A DNA stretch of 64,000 bases, from NCBI GenBank assembly GCA_963751345.1, contig CAVVUS010000024.1, forward strand, positions 32,001 through 96,000. Direction: 5' to 3'. The notes under the pieces are model-generated. The model was not told where the DNA came from and ran no database searches. It was given only the letters and a program-made list of their open reading frames with translations. How positions within the stretch are numbered: position 1 is the stretch's first letter; the number at the start of each line of letters is the position of its first letter. Source of the stretch: an uncultured Chloroflexia bacterium (GTDB lineage: Bacteria > Chloroflexota > Anaerolineae > B4-G1 > SLSP01). The position numbers and the translations under genes were made by a program. Of the stretch, positions 1-9,960 are shown in pieces.

Positions 1-312
<312 letters not shown>

Positions 313-328
313 GCCGTTGCCCGGCATC

Positions 329-337
329 TGCTATAAT
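329..337 (+). promoter_or_regulatory. Extended -10 promoter element (TGnTATAAT) upstream of the MNT-HEPN operon
   Basis: TGCTATAAT ends 42 nt before ATG 380. Confidence 0.55.
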
Positions 338-379
338 GGGATTGAGAATACGTTCGAAAAGCCGAAGCAGGCGATCCAC

Positions 380-948
380 ATGACGACGCAGAGCGAGCGA
401 ATCGCACAGCGGCAGGCACGCGCCAGGCAGATCGTGGCACGGATACGTGAGATTCTCCCGGCTGCACTCAAAGCACATCCCGTGGCCGCCGCCTACGTCT
501 ACGGCTCCGTGGCACGCGGCACGCCCCTCCCGACGAGCGATCTCGATATCGCCCTGATCGCCCAGTCGCTGACCCTATCGCCATACGGGCAACTGACGCT
601 GGAGATCAAAATCCAGGCGGACATCGAGGATGCCGCACGTACAGACATGGAAGTCGCCCGTGCAGATACGGGAGACGCATCCGTAGAGGCGACCGATGTT
701 GACATACGGATAGGGAAGAGCGGATCTCCCTTCCCTCGGTCGATGTCCGAATCATCAACGGTGCGCCACTGCTGGTGCAGGGGCGCATCCTCCAGGAGGG
801 CATATTGGTCTACGAGGGCGACCACCAAACACGAGTGAACTTCGAGGTAGCCACCCTGGGACGCTACTTCGACTATGCCCCTATTGCCAGGCGGCTTCAG
901 CAGACCCTGCTGGATCACGTCCGCCGGGAGGGAATATTCCATGGTTGA
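380..948 (+). CDS. Minimal nucleotidyltransferase (MntA-like antitoxin), frameshifted near 735
   Basis: GSVARG...SDLD motif. A second frame gives VDVRIINGAPLLVQGRILQEGILVY...EGIFHG* ending TGA 946-948, overlapping the HEPN ATG at 941. Confidence 0.85.
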
Positions 949-1585
949 CCCAGCGCTCGTGTCCTCACGCATCAACCAACTCCGGGACTATCTGTCAAAG
1001 CTGCGCGTCCTGGCAGGTCTCAGTCCCGAAGACTTCGGCACGGACTTCAAGAACATCGAAAGCGCCAAGCACCTCTTACAGGTAGCGATTGCGTGCTGCC
1101 TCGATCTTGCGCAGCACATCATCGCGGATGCCGGCTTTCGCACCCCGAACGATTACTATGATGCGTTTGTGATCCTGTCGGAACACGATATCGTTCCGGT
1201 CGGCTTTCTACCGACGCTCAGGCAGATGGTCAGCTTTCGCAATCGCGTGGTCCACCTCTACTGGGAAGTCGACAGTGCGATGGTCTACCAGATCCTTCAG
1301 GAGAACCTGGTAGACTTCGACACCTACGTCGGCTACGTCCTGGACTACACCGAGGGAACCACAGGCAATCACCATCCGGCTGACCGCCGATGGCTGACCG
1401 CTCCCTACTTCCCCATCGCCCGCAGCGCCTGCAGGCTCCGCGCCGAGACGTCGAAGCCGAAACCGTCCTCGTTGCCTTCCTCGACAACGTACCAGACCGG
1501 GTCGTGGAGCGTCTCGATAACGTCCCAGATCGTGTCCCAATCGGCCTCGCCCTCGCCGATAACCGTGCCCGGCCCGCCGCCGTAG
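941..1585 (+). CDS. HEPN/DUF86 RNase toxin (HepT-like); true end probably near 1380
   Basis: RNRVVHLY matches the RX4HXY motif. Coupled to the MNT gene. The ORF runs into the convergent gene, so the stop was probably lost to an indel. Confidence 0.85.
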   Translation: MVDPALVSSRINQLRDYLSKLRVLAGLSPEDFGTDFKNIESAKHLLQVAIACCLDLAQHIIADAGFRTPNDYYDAFVILSEHDIVPVGFLPTLRQMVSFRNRVVHLYWEVDSAMVYQILQENLVDFDTYVGYVLDYTEGTTGNHHPADRRWLTAPYFPIARSACRLRAETSKPKPSSLPSSTTYQTGSWSVSITSQIVSQSASPSPITVPGPPP

Positions 1586-2183
1586 TCCTTCAGGTGAATC
1601 GCCGCGCTCGGCCGGGGAATTTCCGCAGCATCGCGATAGGGTCGCCATCGCCCACGGCGCAGTTGCCGATGTCCATCTGCATCACGACGTCGTCGACCGT
1701 GTGGCTGAAGAGGATCTCCCAGGCCGTCTCGTCGCCGTGATAGACAAAGTCGAAGGGATGCGCGTGATAGCCGGTCCACATCCCCAGGGGCTTGAGCGTC
1801 TCCGCGGCGCGGTTGAGGATGTCGGCCAGTTCCAGCGTCGTGTCGAAGGTGCTCATCCGCTGCCTGTCCGCCGCGACGATCACGAAGTTGTTGCCCAGGA
1901 TCTGATTCAGCTCGATGGTGCGCTTCAGGTTGTCGCCCAGCAGCGCGCCCGTCGCCAGGTGCATACCGCAACAGGCCAGCCCGGCGTCGTCGAACATCGC
2001 GCGCATCTCCGTGGGCTGGTGCCCCATCCACGCGAGTTCGTCACCGGGATAGCCCCACGGCTCGGCGCCCTCGTATCCGATCTCCGCCACCGACCTGAGT
2101 GCGGCGGCGAGATCCTTCTGCACCTCGCTGCGCACTGAGTAAAGCTGCAATCCAACCGGCACCCGCTTTGCGCTCTCCGTCAT
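1405..2183 (-). CDS. Sugar phosphate isomerase/epimerase (TIM barrel), frameshifted near 1590
   Basis: GLQLYSVR, GYHAH, QMDIGN and IHLKD...WYVVEE motifs across two frames. GGAGG RBS. Confidence 0.85.
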
Positions 2184-2219
2184 CGTCACTTTCCTCCTGA
2201 TCAACTAATGCGGTTAAAA

Positions 2220-2816
2220 CTACTTACCAGATCGAAAATCCTCGACAGGCTTCCCGGGCTCAACCTTGAACGTCGCGAACGTGCACAGCAGACGGCCACG
2301 AAGGTACCTGTGCGTGGATGCCGACCTTCACCGTCTCAGGCATCGCCATCCCGAAGGTCCGCACGAATCGCCACGTCTGCCCGTCCAGGCTGTAATGCAT
2401 CCCAAAGACGTCGCCCTTGCGCGTGCCCCAGGTAGCACTCGGTGTCGGCACCAATTCGTTGTTGGCGTCGTCCGACCAGGTGTTGGTCACGACGGAGACC
2501 GCCGCGACGTCGCCGATCGGGCTTCGCTCTAGGCAGAGCTTGGCCCACTGAGTCGCGCCGGCGCGCACGGTGAGCGTCGCGGCATCGCCGAAACCGACGA
2601 GGTGCGCCCGGGCCTGCGTCACGGCCGTGAAGTCGCCGGTCACCTCGGTGTAGAGCAGGCAGGCGTTGTCGTTGGGCATGCCCATATAGGAGGAAGAAAT
2701 CGGTCTTGGCCTCGGGGACGATCTCAAGGCCGTCGTGTTGAAGCGCCACTCGGCCGGTTTCGAGCCATGTCAGGCCATCCGCCAGGTTGGCCCTCGCATC
2801 CCTTGAACAGATCCAC
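2220..2816 (-). CDS. DUF1349 (concanavalin-like) domain protein, several frameshifts
   Basis: KTDFF, WAKLCLERSP, VSVVTNTWSDDAN and HYSLDGQTWRFVR segments. GGAGGTGA RBS before GTG 2816. Ends ...DFRSGK*. Confidence 0.7.
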
Positions 2817-2957
2817 GGTATCACCTCCCTTATGTAATCTAGCCCCGAGTGTACATCACGAATTGAAACTGTCAGGAACTGGACGCGGATCCGAAACGGA
2901 GTAGGCTGAGGGGCACACAAACATCGGTACTTCGACCTAATTGGAGGTGAAAAGGCG

Positions 2958-3871
2958 ATGGCATCCTTCATCAGAGTCGGTAAAACGGGCCGGCCCTTAC
3001 ACGTCTCACTGCCCCACCTTCACCCGTCTTCTGAACGACGAGCATGACAGCTACCACGTTCCGGGTGCCAACGTGCAGCGGGCGCCTTTCCCGTGGGATT
3101 GACCGCGTTCTCTCTCAGCTACAGCCGCGTGCAGGGCTTCACCGGGCAACTCAGGGATGAGTTCGGCGTCACGATGTACGATAGCATCCCCGACTTGGCG
3201 CAGGATGTCGAGACCATCCTGCTGGAGAGCTCCGATGGGCGACAACACCTGGAGCAGTTCGCTCAGGCCGCCGTGGGAAGTCCCGCTCTTTCTCGACAAA
3301 CCGCTGGACATCACCACCGACGACGCCCGCAAGATCATCGAACTCGCCAATGAGACGAGCACTCCCATTATGTCGGCTTCGTCACTCCGATATGCAGCGG
3401 GCATCGCCGAGCTGACGACTGGGGGCGGATCACGTCCTATCGTGCGAGGCCTTCGGACCGGCTCCCCTCCTCGACGACTTCCCCGGCCTCTTCTGGTATG
3501 GGGTCCACAGTGCCGAGGTGTTGGTCTCCAAGATGGGGCCTGGCTGCCGGAAAGTCCGCTGCATCGAGTATCCTGACACCGACCTGGTCGTCGGCGAGTG
3601 GGATGACGGACGCATCGGCATACTGCGTGGCACCCGCCAGGGCGCGTACGCCTTCGGTTGCATCATCCACACCGAGGACGCGACCCGTTGTGGGATCGCG
3701 CAAAGCACGCCGCCCTACTATGCCGCGATGTTACAGGAGATCATCCCGTTCCTGCAGACCGGCATCTCGCCCATCGACGTCCGGGAGACCTGGGACGTCA
3801 TCGCCTTTCTGGAGGCCGCCGAGAAGAGCCGGACCCGGAACGGCGAGGTGGTCGAGCTCGTGGTACTCTGA
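2958..3871 (+). CDS. Gfo/Idh/MocA family oxidoreductase, several frameshifts
   Basis: GGAGGTGA RBS. ILLESSDGRQHLEQF, FLDKP, MSASSLRYA and WYGVH segments lie in successive frames. Confidence 0.75.
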
Positions 3872-5108
3872 ACCGGGGCGGGTTGGGGCGAGGCCCATCA
3901 GGGCCTGAAAGTCTGTGCCCGTCGGCTGCTGGAAGACCCGCAGCCCAAACGCCGGCGCTGCCGCGACGAGGTGTTCGAAGATCTCCGCCTGGATGGCCTC
4001 GTAGGCCTCCCACGCCGTCGTCCTGAGTAAAGGCATAGACCTCGAGAGGCAGGCCGGTGGGGCCCGGATCAAGCTGCCGCACCAGGAGTGTCATGCCCTC
4101 GTGATGCAAGTCCTCGCGGCTCTCCAGATATGCGGTCACATAGGCGCGAAAGACGCCGACGTTGGTAAGTTCGTGCTCCGCACAGACGTCACGGTTACAG
4201 GCCTCATCCCTTCCATCGCCCGAGGGCATACCGGCGAGCCGCCGCGCCATATAATCCTGGACCAAGCCGATCCTGCTGAACCGCTCGACCATCGCGGTGT
4301 CGCAGAATGCCACGGTGTTGAGATCGACGTAGAGCGCACGCTTGATCCGCCGCCCGCCGCTCTCGGTCATTCCACGCCAGTTGCGATAGGGCGTGTCCAG
4401 CAGCTTGTAGGTCGGCACGACCGTGATGGTATTGTCCCAGTTGCGCACCTTCACCGTGTGCAGGGCAACGTTGTCCACGACGCCGTCCGCCTCGTAGGCC
4501 GGCATCTCGATCCAGTCGCCCTCGCGCACAAGATCGTTGGACTGAATCTGCAGACTGGCGACGAAGGAGAGCAGCGAATCATGAAAGATCAGGACCAGGA
4601 CCGCCATAATGGCTCCCAACCCACTCAACAGGACCACCGGCGACTTCCCCATGATCTGTGATGCAGTCAGGATGACGCCAACGACGATCGTCAGCATCTT
4701 GCCCAGGTCGAGATAGCTCTGGATGGAAACCCCGCGATATGAGGCGCCGCCCTCGTAGATGACATTGACGGCGCTGAATAGGCCGATCATGGTCACTACG
4801 ACGAGCCATAGGATACCGATGAGCATCAGGGGCTGGAGCGTCTCCGTCCAGTTCGGTGCCCACGCGGCAAGGTAATAGGTAAGCAACAGCGGTGCCAGCC
4901 ACGCGAGGCGGTAGGGCCGCATGCATCGGACGAGGATATCGTCGACCTTGGTCTTCGACCTCTCCGCCAGATAGATGAGACCCCGCGCAATGAAGTTGCG
5001 CACGACCAGAAAGATGGCGGCGTCGAGCACCAGGATGGCAGCCAACACGACCCACGGTGCAAGGGCGGGGTTTGCCTCGAACCACGTCCGGATACTCTCG
5101 ATAGTCAT
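3731..5108 (-). CDS. MscS-family (YbdG/MscM-like) mechanosensitive channel, frameshift near 4025; 3' end uncertain
   Basis: TM helices, GDWIEMP..ADG, NWRGMTESGGRRIKR, LVRQLDP..GLPLEVYAF and YEAIQAEIFEHL...FGLRVFQQP. Confidence 0.9.
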
Positions 5109-5137
5109 CGCCCCTCCTGGTGTAGTGTCGAATTCGA

Positions 5138-6286
5138 TCACTGGTCGGCTTGCGGGCCCTTGACGTACTCGTCAAAGAGGTCTCACGGATCGCTGTGCCG
5201 CGACACCGAAGTTGTTGGAGATGTTGTGGTTGTTCTCCAGGATACGTGAAAAGCTCCGAGACCTGCCCGGTGTCCTGGGAGTCAGGTATTCAGGATCTCT
5301 GATAGTCTCCAGTGGGACCGACGCTCTTCTGCTGTGCCGTGGTGAATCTGCACCGGGCCCGAGATCTGATCAAGGTAGGAGAAAGGATCGATCGCATCCC
5401 AGAAGGCGCGGTTCGCGTCGACCCGGTCGAGGCGATAGAGTTCGTCGTTCAGATCCACAGCCGTGGCATCCGGATTGGGCGTCGGCGTGGGCCGGTCCGC
5501 CCACCGTGCCGCTGACAGTTGAATGATCATCGGAGAGGGCGCCGTCACGCCCGCCCAGATCACACCGGCCTTGATCGTGTCGGTCACGACCATCGCGCGC
5601 AGCGTGATCGACCCGCCCATCGAGTGTCCCCACATTCCCACGCGATTGGGATCGGCCTCGGGTAGAGCCATCACCGACGCCATCCCGTTGAGCACGTCGA
5701 CCGTATAGGCAGGAGAGAAGAAAGAATTGGTGGGCTCCCCCTCCGAGAAGCCGTGCCCGCGGTAGTCCGACTTGAAGACGATGTAACCGTTGCGGGAGAA
5801 GGCGTCGGTATAGGCGATGTAGCGCTCCGTCGTGCGGTAGATCGAGGGCGTGATGTGGCCGTGGGTCAGATGATCACGGGCACCCCGTCTCGGGTGGGTC
5901 GCCCGTGGTATCGTCAGGAGCGAGTAGATCTTGAGCCCTTCCGACAAATAGGAGACGATGTAACGATCGTAGTTCACACCGGGCGCCAAGGCCTCCTCGA
6001 AGACGATATCACTGCCGGGATATGACTGCTGGCGCATCACCTCGACCATCAGCGGATGGGTTGGCGTGGGTGTTGGGGTTGGCGTCGCCGTATTCGTGGG
6101 CGTCGGCGTGAGCGTCGCGGTAGGTGTCGCGGTCGGGCTGGGTGTCGGAGTGGACGTCGGCGTCGCGGTTGGGGAAGGAGCAGTTGTATGGGTTGGCGGG
6201 ACCAGGGATGGCGTCGGCTGGGCGGTACAGCCCAGAATGAGGAACGCGAACACCAAGGCCACCAACGGCTGGAAAGCCCGCCGCAC
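5138..6286 (-). CDS. Secreted/lipoprotein alpha-beta hydrolase (S9-like) with Pro/Thr linker; frameshifts near the 3' end
   Basis: Lipobox LILGC, (TP)n linker, DYRGHG, GHSMGG nucleophile elbow, IHHGT. The C-terminal NHNISNNF segment lies in another frame. Confidence 0.8.
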
Positions 6287-6459
6287 GGGCTTGAAACCCT
6301 ACCCCCTGTGCTCAACCATAAACTCTCCTCGAACGTAGCACCCAACATGAACCACCGGATTACACTATATTCGTCTATAATATCCGAATACCGCGAGGAA
6401 CGCAACGTGTTCTACTCGGTCGCACGTCCGCTGCCATTCATTATAGAAAGGATTCTGAC

Positions 6460-7833
6460 GATGGAACCAATCGGTGGTCGTCGCGCGAGATCACCCCGCA
6501 GCGCCCGGCACTGCTCCAGGGCCAGATGTATGTCCGGATCGGACGCGACGCTGCCGATCCTCTGATGGCAACGGCACTCGCGCCGGATGGCGGAAGCCCG
6601 ACGGGGCGCGCGATCCTCGTCTCGTGCGACCTCACAAGCATCACCGAGGAGCTTCAAAGCGCAGTGCGCGACCGCGTCTGCGCGCGTGTGCCCGAACTAC
6701 CCGGGGAAGCCCTCATCGTAGTTGGCACGCACACGCACGATGCCCCCGTAATCAGGGATGGCTTCTACCCCCATCCGGGCGACGACGCGATGACAGCCGG
6801 GGAAGCAATGAACTGGGTCGCCGAACGGTCAGCCGACGCTGCGGTAGAAGCCTGGGAAAAGACGTGTGCCACGGCTCTTGGGTCGGGATTCGGCCACGCG
6901 GTCGTCGGGCACAACCGGCGTGCGGTCTACGCCGACGGGATGGCGGCGATGTACGGTACCACAGACCGGCCGGACTTCAGCCACATCGAGGGCTACGAGG
7001 ACCACAGTCTGGACATGCTGTTCGTTTGGGAGCTCGACGGGCGCCTGACGGGCGTAGTGCTGGATATTCCGTGTCCGTCGCAGGTCGAGGAGCACCTGCT
7101 GCAGTTCTCGGCGGACTACTGGCACGACGTTCGTGTCGAATTGCGGCAACGGTTTGGGCAAGGCCTCCAGGTCCTGCCCCTCTGCGGCGCCGCGGGCGAC
7201 CAATCGCCCCATTTCCTTGTCTACGAGCGCCAGGAGCAGGAGATGCGCCGGCGACGGGGTCTCACCGAGCGACAGGAGATTGCTGCGCGGGTAGGAGACG
7301 CGGTGGCGCGTGCGTTGCTGTGCACGCCCCCACTGTCCGCAGAGATCACGCTCGCCCACGCCAGCCATCGCCTGACCCTCTCCCCTCGCGTGATAACACA
7401 ACAGGAACGGGATTGGGCAGCCCAGACACGCGTGGAAGCCATTCAGCGCGGGGACCGGCCCGATCTGTGGTGGCCACGACGGCTTCAGGATGTGGTGGAC
7501 CGCTTCGACCGTGAGGAGCCGATGCCGCCCTTCGAGGGCGAGATCCACGCGTTGCGCCTCGGCGACGCCGTCCTCGCCACCAACCCCTTCGAGCTCTACC
7601 TTGACTACGGCCTGAGGATCAAGGCGCGGAGTCCGGCAGCCCAGACGCTCGTCGTGCAGTTGGCTGGAGGGACCGGTCTGTACCTTCCGACAGCGCGTGC
7701 GGTCCGCGGCGGTCACTATGGAGCTCACCCCGCGGTCGCGCCCGTGGGACCCCAGGGCGGAAAAGAACTCGTTGAAGTAACCCTTGCACTGATCGACGAG
7801 CTATTCGATACCGAATCAGTGGAGCCGGCCTGA
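6460..7833 (+). CDS. Neutral/alkaline ceramidase-like hydrolase (hypothetical); 5' end frameshifted
   Basis: DPLMATAL, GTHTHDAP, NRR, SADYW, GAAGDQSP, PFELY and YLPT motifs. Confidence 0.65.
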   Translation, partial: DGTNRWSSREITPQRPALLQGQMYVRIGRDAADPLMATALAPDGGSPTGRAILVSCDLTSITEELQSAVRDRVCARVPELPGEALIVVGTHTHDAPVIRDGFYPHPGDDAMTAGEAMNWVAERSADAAVEAWEKTCATALGSGFGHAVVGHNRRAVYADGMAAMYGTTDRPDFSHIEGYEDHSLDMLFVWELDGRLTGVVLDIPCPSQVEEHLLQFSADYWHDVRVELRQRFGQGLQVLPLCGAAGDQSPHFLVYERQEQEMRRRRGLTERQEIAARVGDAVARALLCTPPLSAEITLAHASHRLTLSPRVITQQERDWAAQTRVEAIQRGDRPDLWWPRRLQDVVDRFDREEPMPPFEGEIHALRLGDAVLATNPFELYLDYGLRIKARSPAAQTLVVQLAGGTGLYLPTARAVRGGHYGAHPAVAPVGPQGGKELVEVTLALIDELFDTESVEPA

Positions 7834-7835
7834 CG

Positions 7836-8507
7836 ATGGTCCGCTCGCGTATCCTGACCGGCGTCGCAGGGCTAATCGTGGGTGCCCTCGTGTGGTTTGG
7901 GATCGCCGGCCGCCTCACGTGGTGGCAAGGCTGGGCGTTTCCGCTGGCTTTCACCGTCTACTCGGGTGTTCTAGCGTGGCGCCTGAGGAAGCTGAACCCC
8001 AATCTGGCGCAGGAGCGGGCACGACCAGCCGATGCAGCCGAAGGTTGGGATCGGGTCCTGATGCGCGTCTACACCGCCGTGGTGGTCGTCATGCTGATCG
8101 TCGCTGCGCTGGATGGTGGAAGATTCGCCTGGTCGGTGGTTCCCCTCGGCATCCAGGCGCTTGGCTGGGTTCTCGTGATCGTTACCGGCGCCATCGTCTG
8201 GCACGTGATGATGACCAACGCCTATCTCTCGAGCTGGGCACGCCTGCAGCAGGATCGCGGGCAGATCGTCATCCAGGATGGACTGTACAGCCACATCAGA
8301 CACCCTATGTACCTCGGGATCATTGTAGGATACATCAGCGTCCCGCTAGTGTTAGGGTCGTGGTGGGCCTTAATACCGAGCGCCGTGATCGTCGCGATGT
8401 TCATCTATCGGACGTGTCGCGAGGATCAGATGCTCATCGAGGGCCTGCAAGGGTACGCAGAGTACACGGAGAGGGTGCGGTATCGGCTGCTGCCCGGCAT
8501 ATGGTAG
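7836..8507 (+). CDS. Isoprenylcysteine carboxyl methyltransferase family membrane protein
   Basis: TM helices, GLYSHIRHPMYLG, EDQML...GYAEY..RVRYRLLPGIW. Confidence 0.9.
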   Translation: MVRSRILTGVAGLIVGALVWFGIAGRLTWWQGWAFPLAFTVYSGVLAWRLRKLNPNLAQERARPADAAEGWDRVLMRVYTAVVVVMLIVAALDGGRFAWSVVPLGIQALGWVLVIVTGAIVWHVMMTNAYLSSWARLQQDRGQIVIQDGLYSHIRHPMYLGIIVGYISVPLVLGSWWALIPSAVIVAMFIYRTCREDQMLIEGLQGYAEYTERVRYRLLPGIW

Positions 8508-8570
8508 ATGCCAACAAGTAAGAGAGCTCCAGCGGCAGATTCGCCATACATCGTTCAGGAGGCTATCTAG

Positions 8571-9035
8571 ATGCCAGGTGAATGGACGCTTGATATCGAG
8601 GATATGTCGTGGGTGGAGAACACCACCGCAGAGGTGGATTTCGTCGTCGAAGCCCTCGACCTCCGCGGCGGCGAGCGCGTCCTCGACCTGGCGTGCGGCT
8701 TCGGGCGACACTCGCTCGAACTGGCCCGGCGCGGATATCCTGTCGTCGGTGTGGACTTCACCGAAGCCTACATTGCGCACGCCCGATCGGTCGCGCGAGA
8801 CGAGCGTCTCGATAACGCCGGGTTCCTCCTCGCCGACGTTCGCGACGTATCGTTCCAGGCCGAGTTCGACGTTGTCCTCAACATGGCCGACGGGGCCATC
8901 GGCTACTTCGACACCGACGAGGAGAATCTCAAGCTCTTCGACGTCATTCGGACCGCGCTGCAACCGGGCGGGAAGCACGTTATGGGTATCTGCAGAGCAC
9001 CTGATGCAGGTCGTCTGTTCACAAAAGGAGGGGCG
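8571..9035 (+). CDS. Class I SAM-dependent methyltransferase, C-terminally truncated and in frame with the next gene
   Basis: VLDLACGFGRH motif I, VVGVD, FDVVL, LQPGGK. Confidence 0.75.
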
Positions 9036-9404
9036 ATGAAACTCTCGGGCATCTGTCTCACGACGGAGAACGTCCTTGCGCTGACCGATTTCTATACCAT
9101 GGTGCTCGGCGTGGAGGCCGAGGGCGATGAGACGCATATGGAGCTGAGCACCCAGGGTACCGGTATGGCGCTCTTCACCGTCGAGGGGATGGAGCGTATG
9201 GCTCCAGGCTCGATGCAGGGCACCGGCAGTGGCAGGGTCACCCTCGCCTTTGAGGTCTCGGACGTCGATGCCGAGTACGAACGACTCAAGCAACTGGATG
9301 TCGAGTTCGTCATGTCGCCGACAACCCATCCCTGGGGAGCCAGATCTTTCTGGTTCCGGGATCCCGATGGCAACATCGTCGATTTCTTTGCCACCCTTAG
9401 GTGA
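9036..9404 (+). CDS. VOC/glyoxalase family protein
   Basis: Own RBS AAGGAGG. LAFEVSDVDAEYERL...PWGARSFWFRDPDGNIV. Confidence 0.9.
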   Translation: MKLSGICLTTENVLALTDFYTMVLGVEAEGDETHMELSTQGTGMALFTVEGMERMAPGSMQGTGSGRVTLAFEVSDVDAEYERLKQLDVEFVMSPTTHPWGARSFWFRDPDGNIVDFFATLR

Positions 9405-9428
9405 GTGTAGTTCATGTCAGGGGGAACC

Positions 9429-9899
9429 ATGAGGATTTACTTGGTGCAACACGCGGAAGCGAAATTGGAGGAACAGGACCCGGATCGTTCGTTGACAGAC
9501 CTGGGCCGCCAACACGCGGAGTCGGTGGCGGCTGTGGCTGCAGCCTTGGATGTGAGAGTCACGCAGATTCGCCACAGTGGGAAGGCCCGCACCAGGCAGA
9601 CAGCAGAGATTATTGGCAAGATCGTTGCCCCACAAGAGGGCGTGGTTGCCGCCTCCGGCCTGGCGCCACTGGACAGCGTAGTCCCCATAGCAGAGGAGCT
9701 GGAGAGGGCTTCGCAGCCAGTCATGTTGGTTGGTCATCTGCCCTTCATGGGGCGACTGGCCGGCTACCTGTTGACCGGCGACGCAGATCAGGACGTCATC
9801 GACTTCACCAACGCTGGCATCGTGTGCCTGGAGAAGGTAGGTCAGCGCTGGCAGACAGTCTGGATCATTACGCCCGAGATCGCAGACGCCAAACGCTAG
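9429..9899 (+). CDS. sixA: Phosphohistidine phosphatase SixA
   Basis: MRIYLVQHAEA, HSGKARTRQTA, MLVGHLPF. Confidence 0.85.
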   Translation: MRIYLVQHAEAKLEEQDPDRSLTDLGRQHAESVAAVAAALDVRVTQIRHSGKARTRQTAEIIGKIVAPQEGVVAASGLAPLDSVVPIAEELERASQPVMLVGHLPFMGRLAGYLLTGDADQDVIDFTNAGIVCLEKVGQRWQTVWIITPEIADAKR

Positions 9900-9960
9900 G
9901 ACCGATCAGAGACGGCACAAGAATTGGGCTAGGTTCTCACCTTGAAAGGATAGGCATACT

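Noticed and set aside
1385-1585. Long overlap of the HEPN ORF with the convergent epimerase as functional antisense coding
   Set aside because: The HEPN domain is complete by about 1350; a lost stop from an indel is simpler.
6060-6225. Repetitive GGCGTCG/GGTGT-rich DNA as a possible CRISPR or tandem array
   Set aside because: It encodes the Pro/Thr linker of the lipoprotein hydrolase, with no fixed repeat-spacer period.
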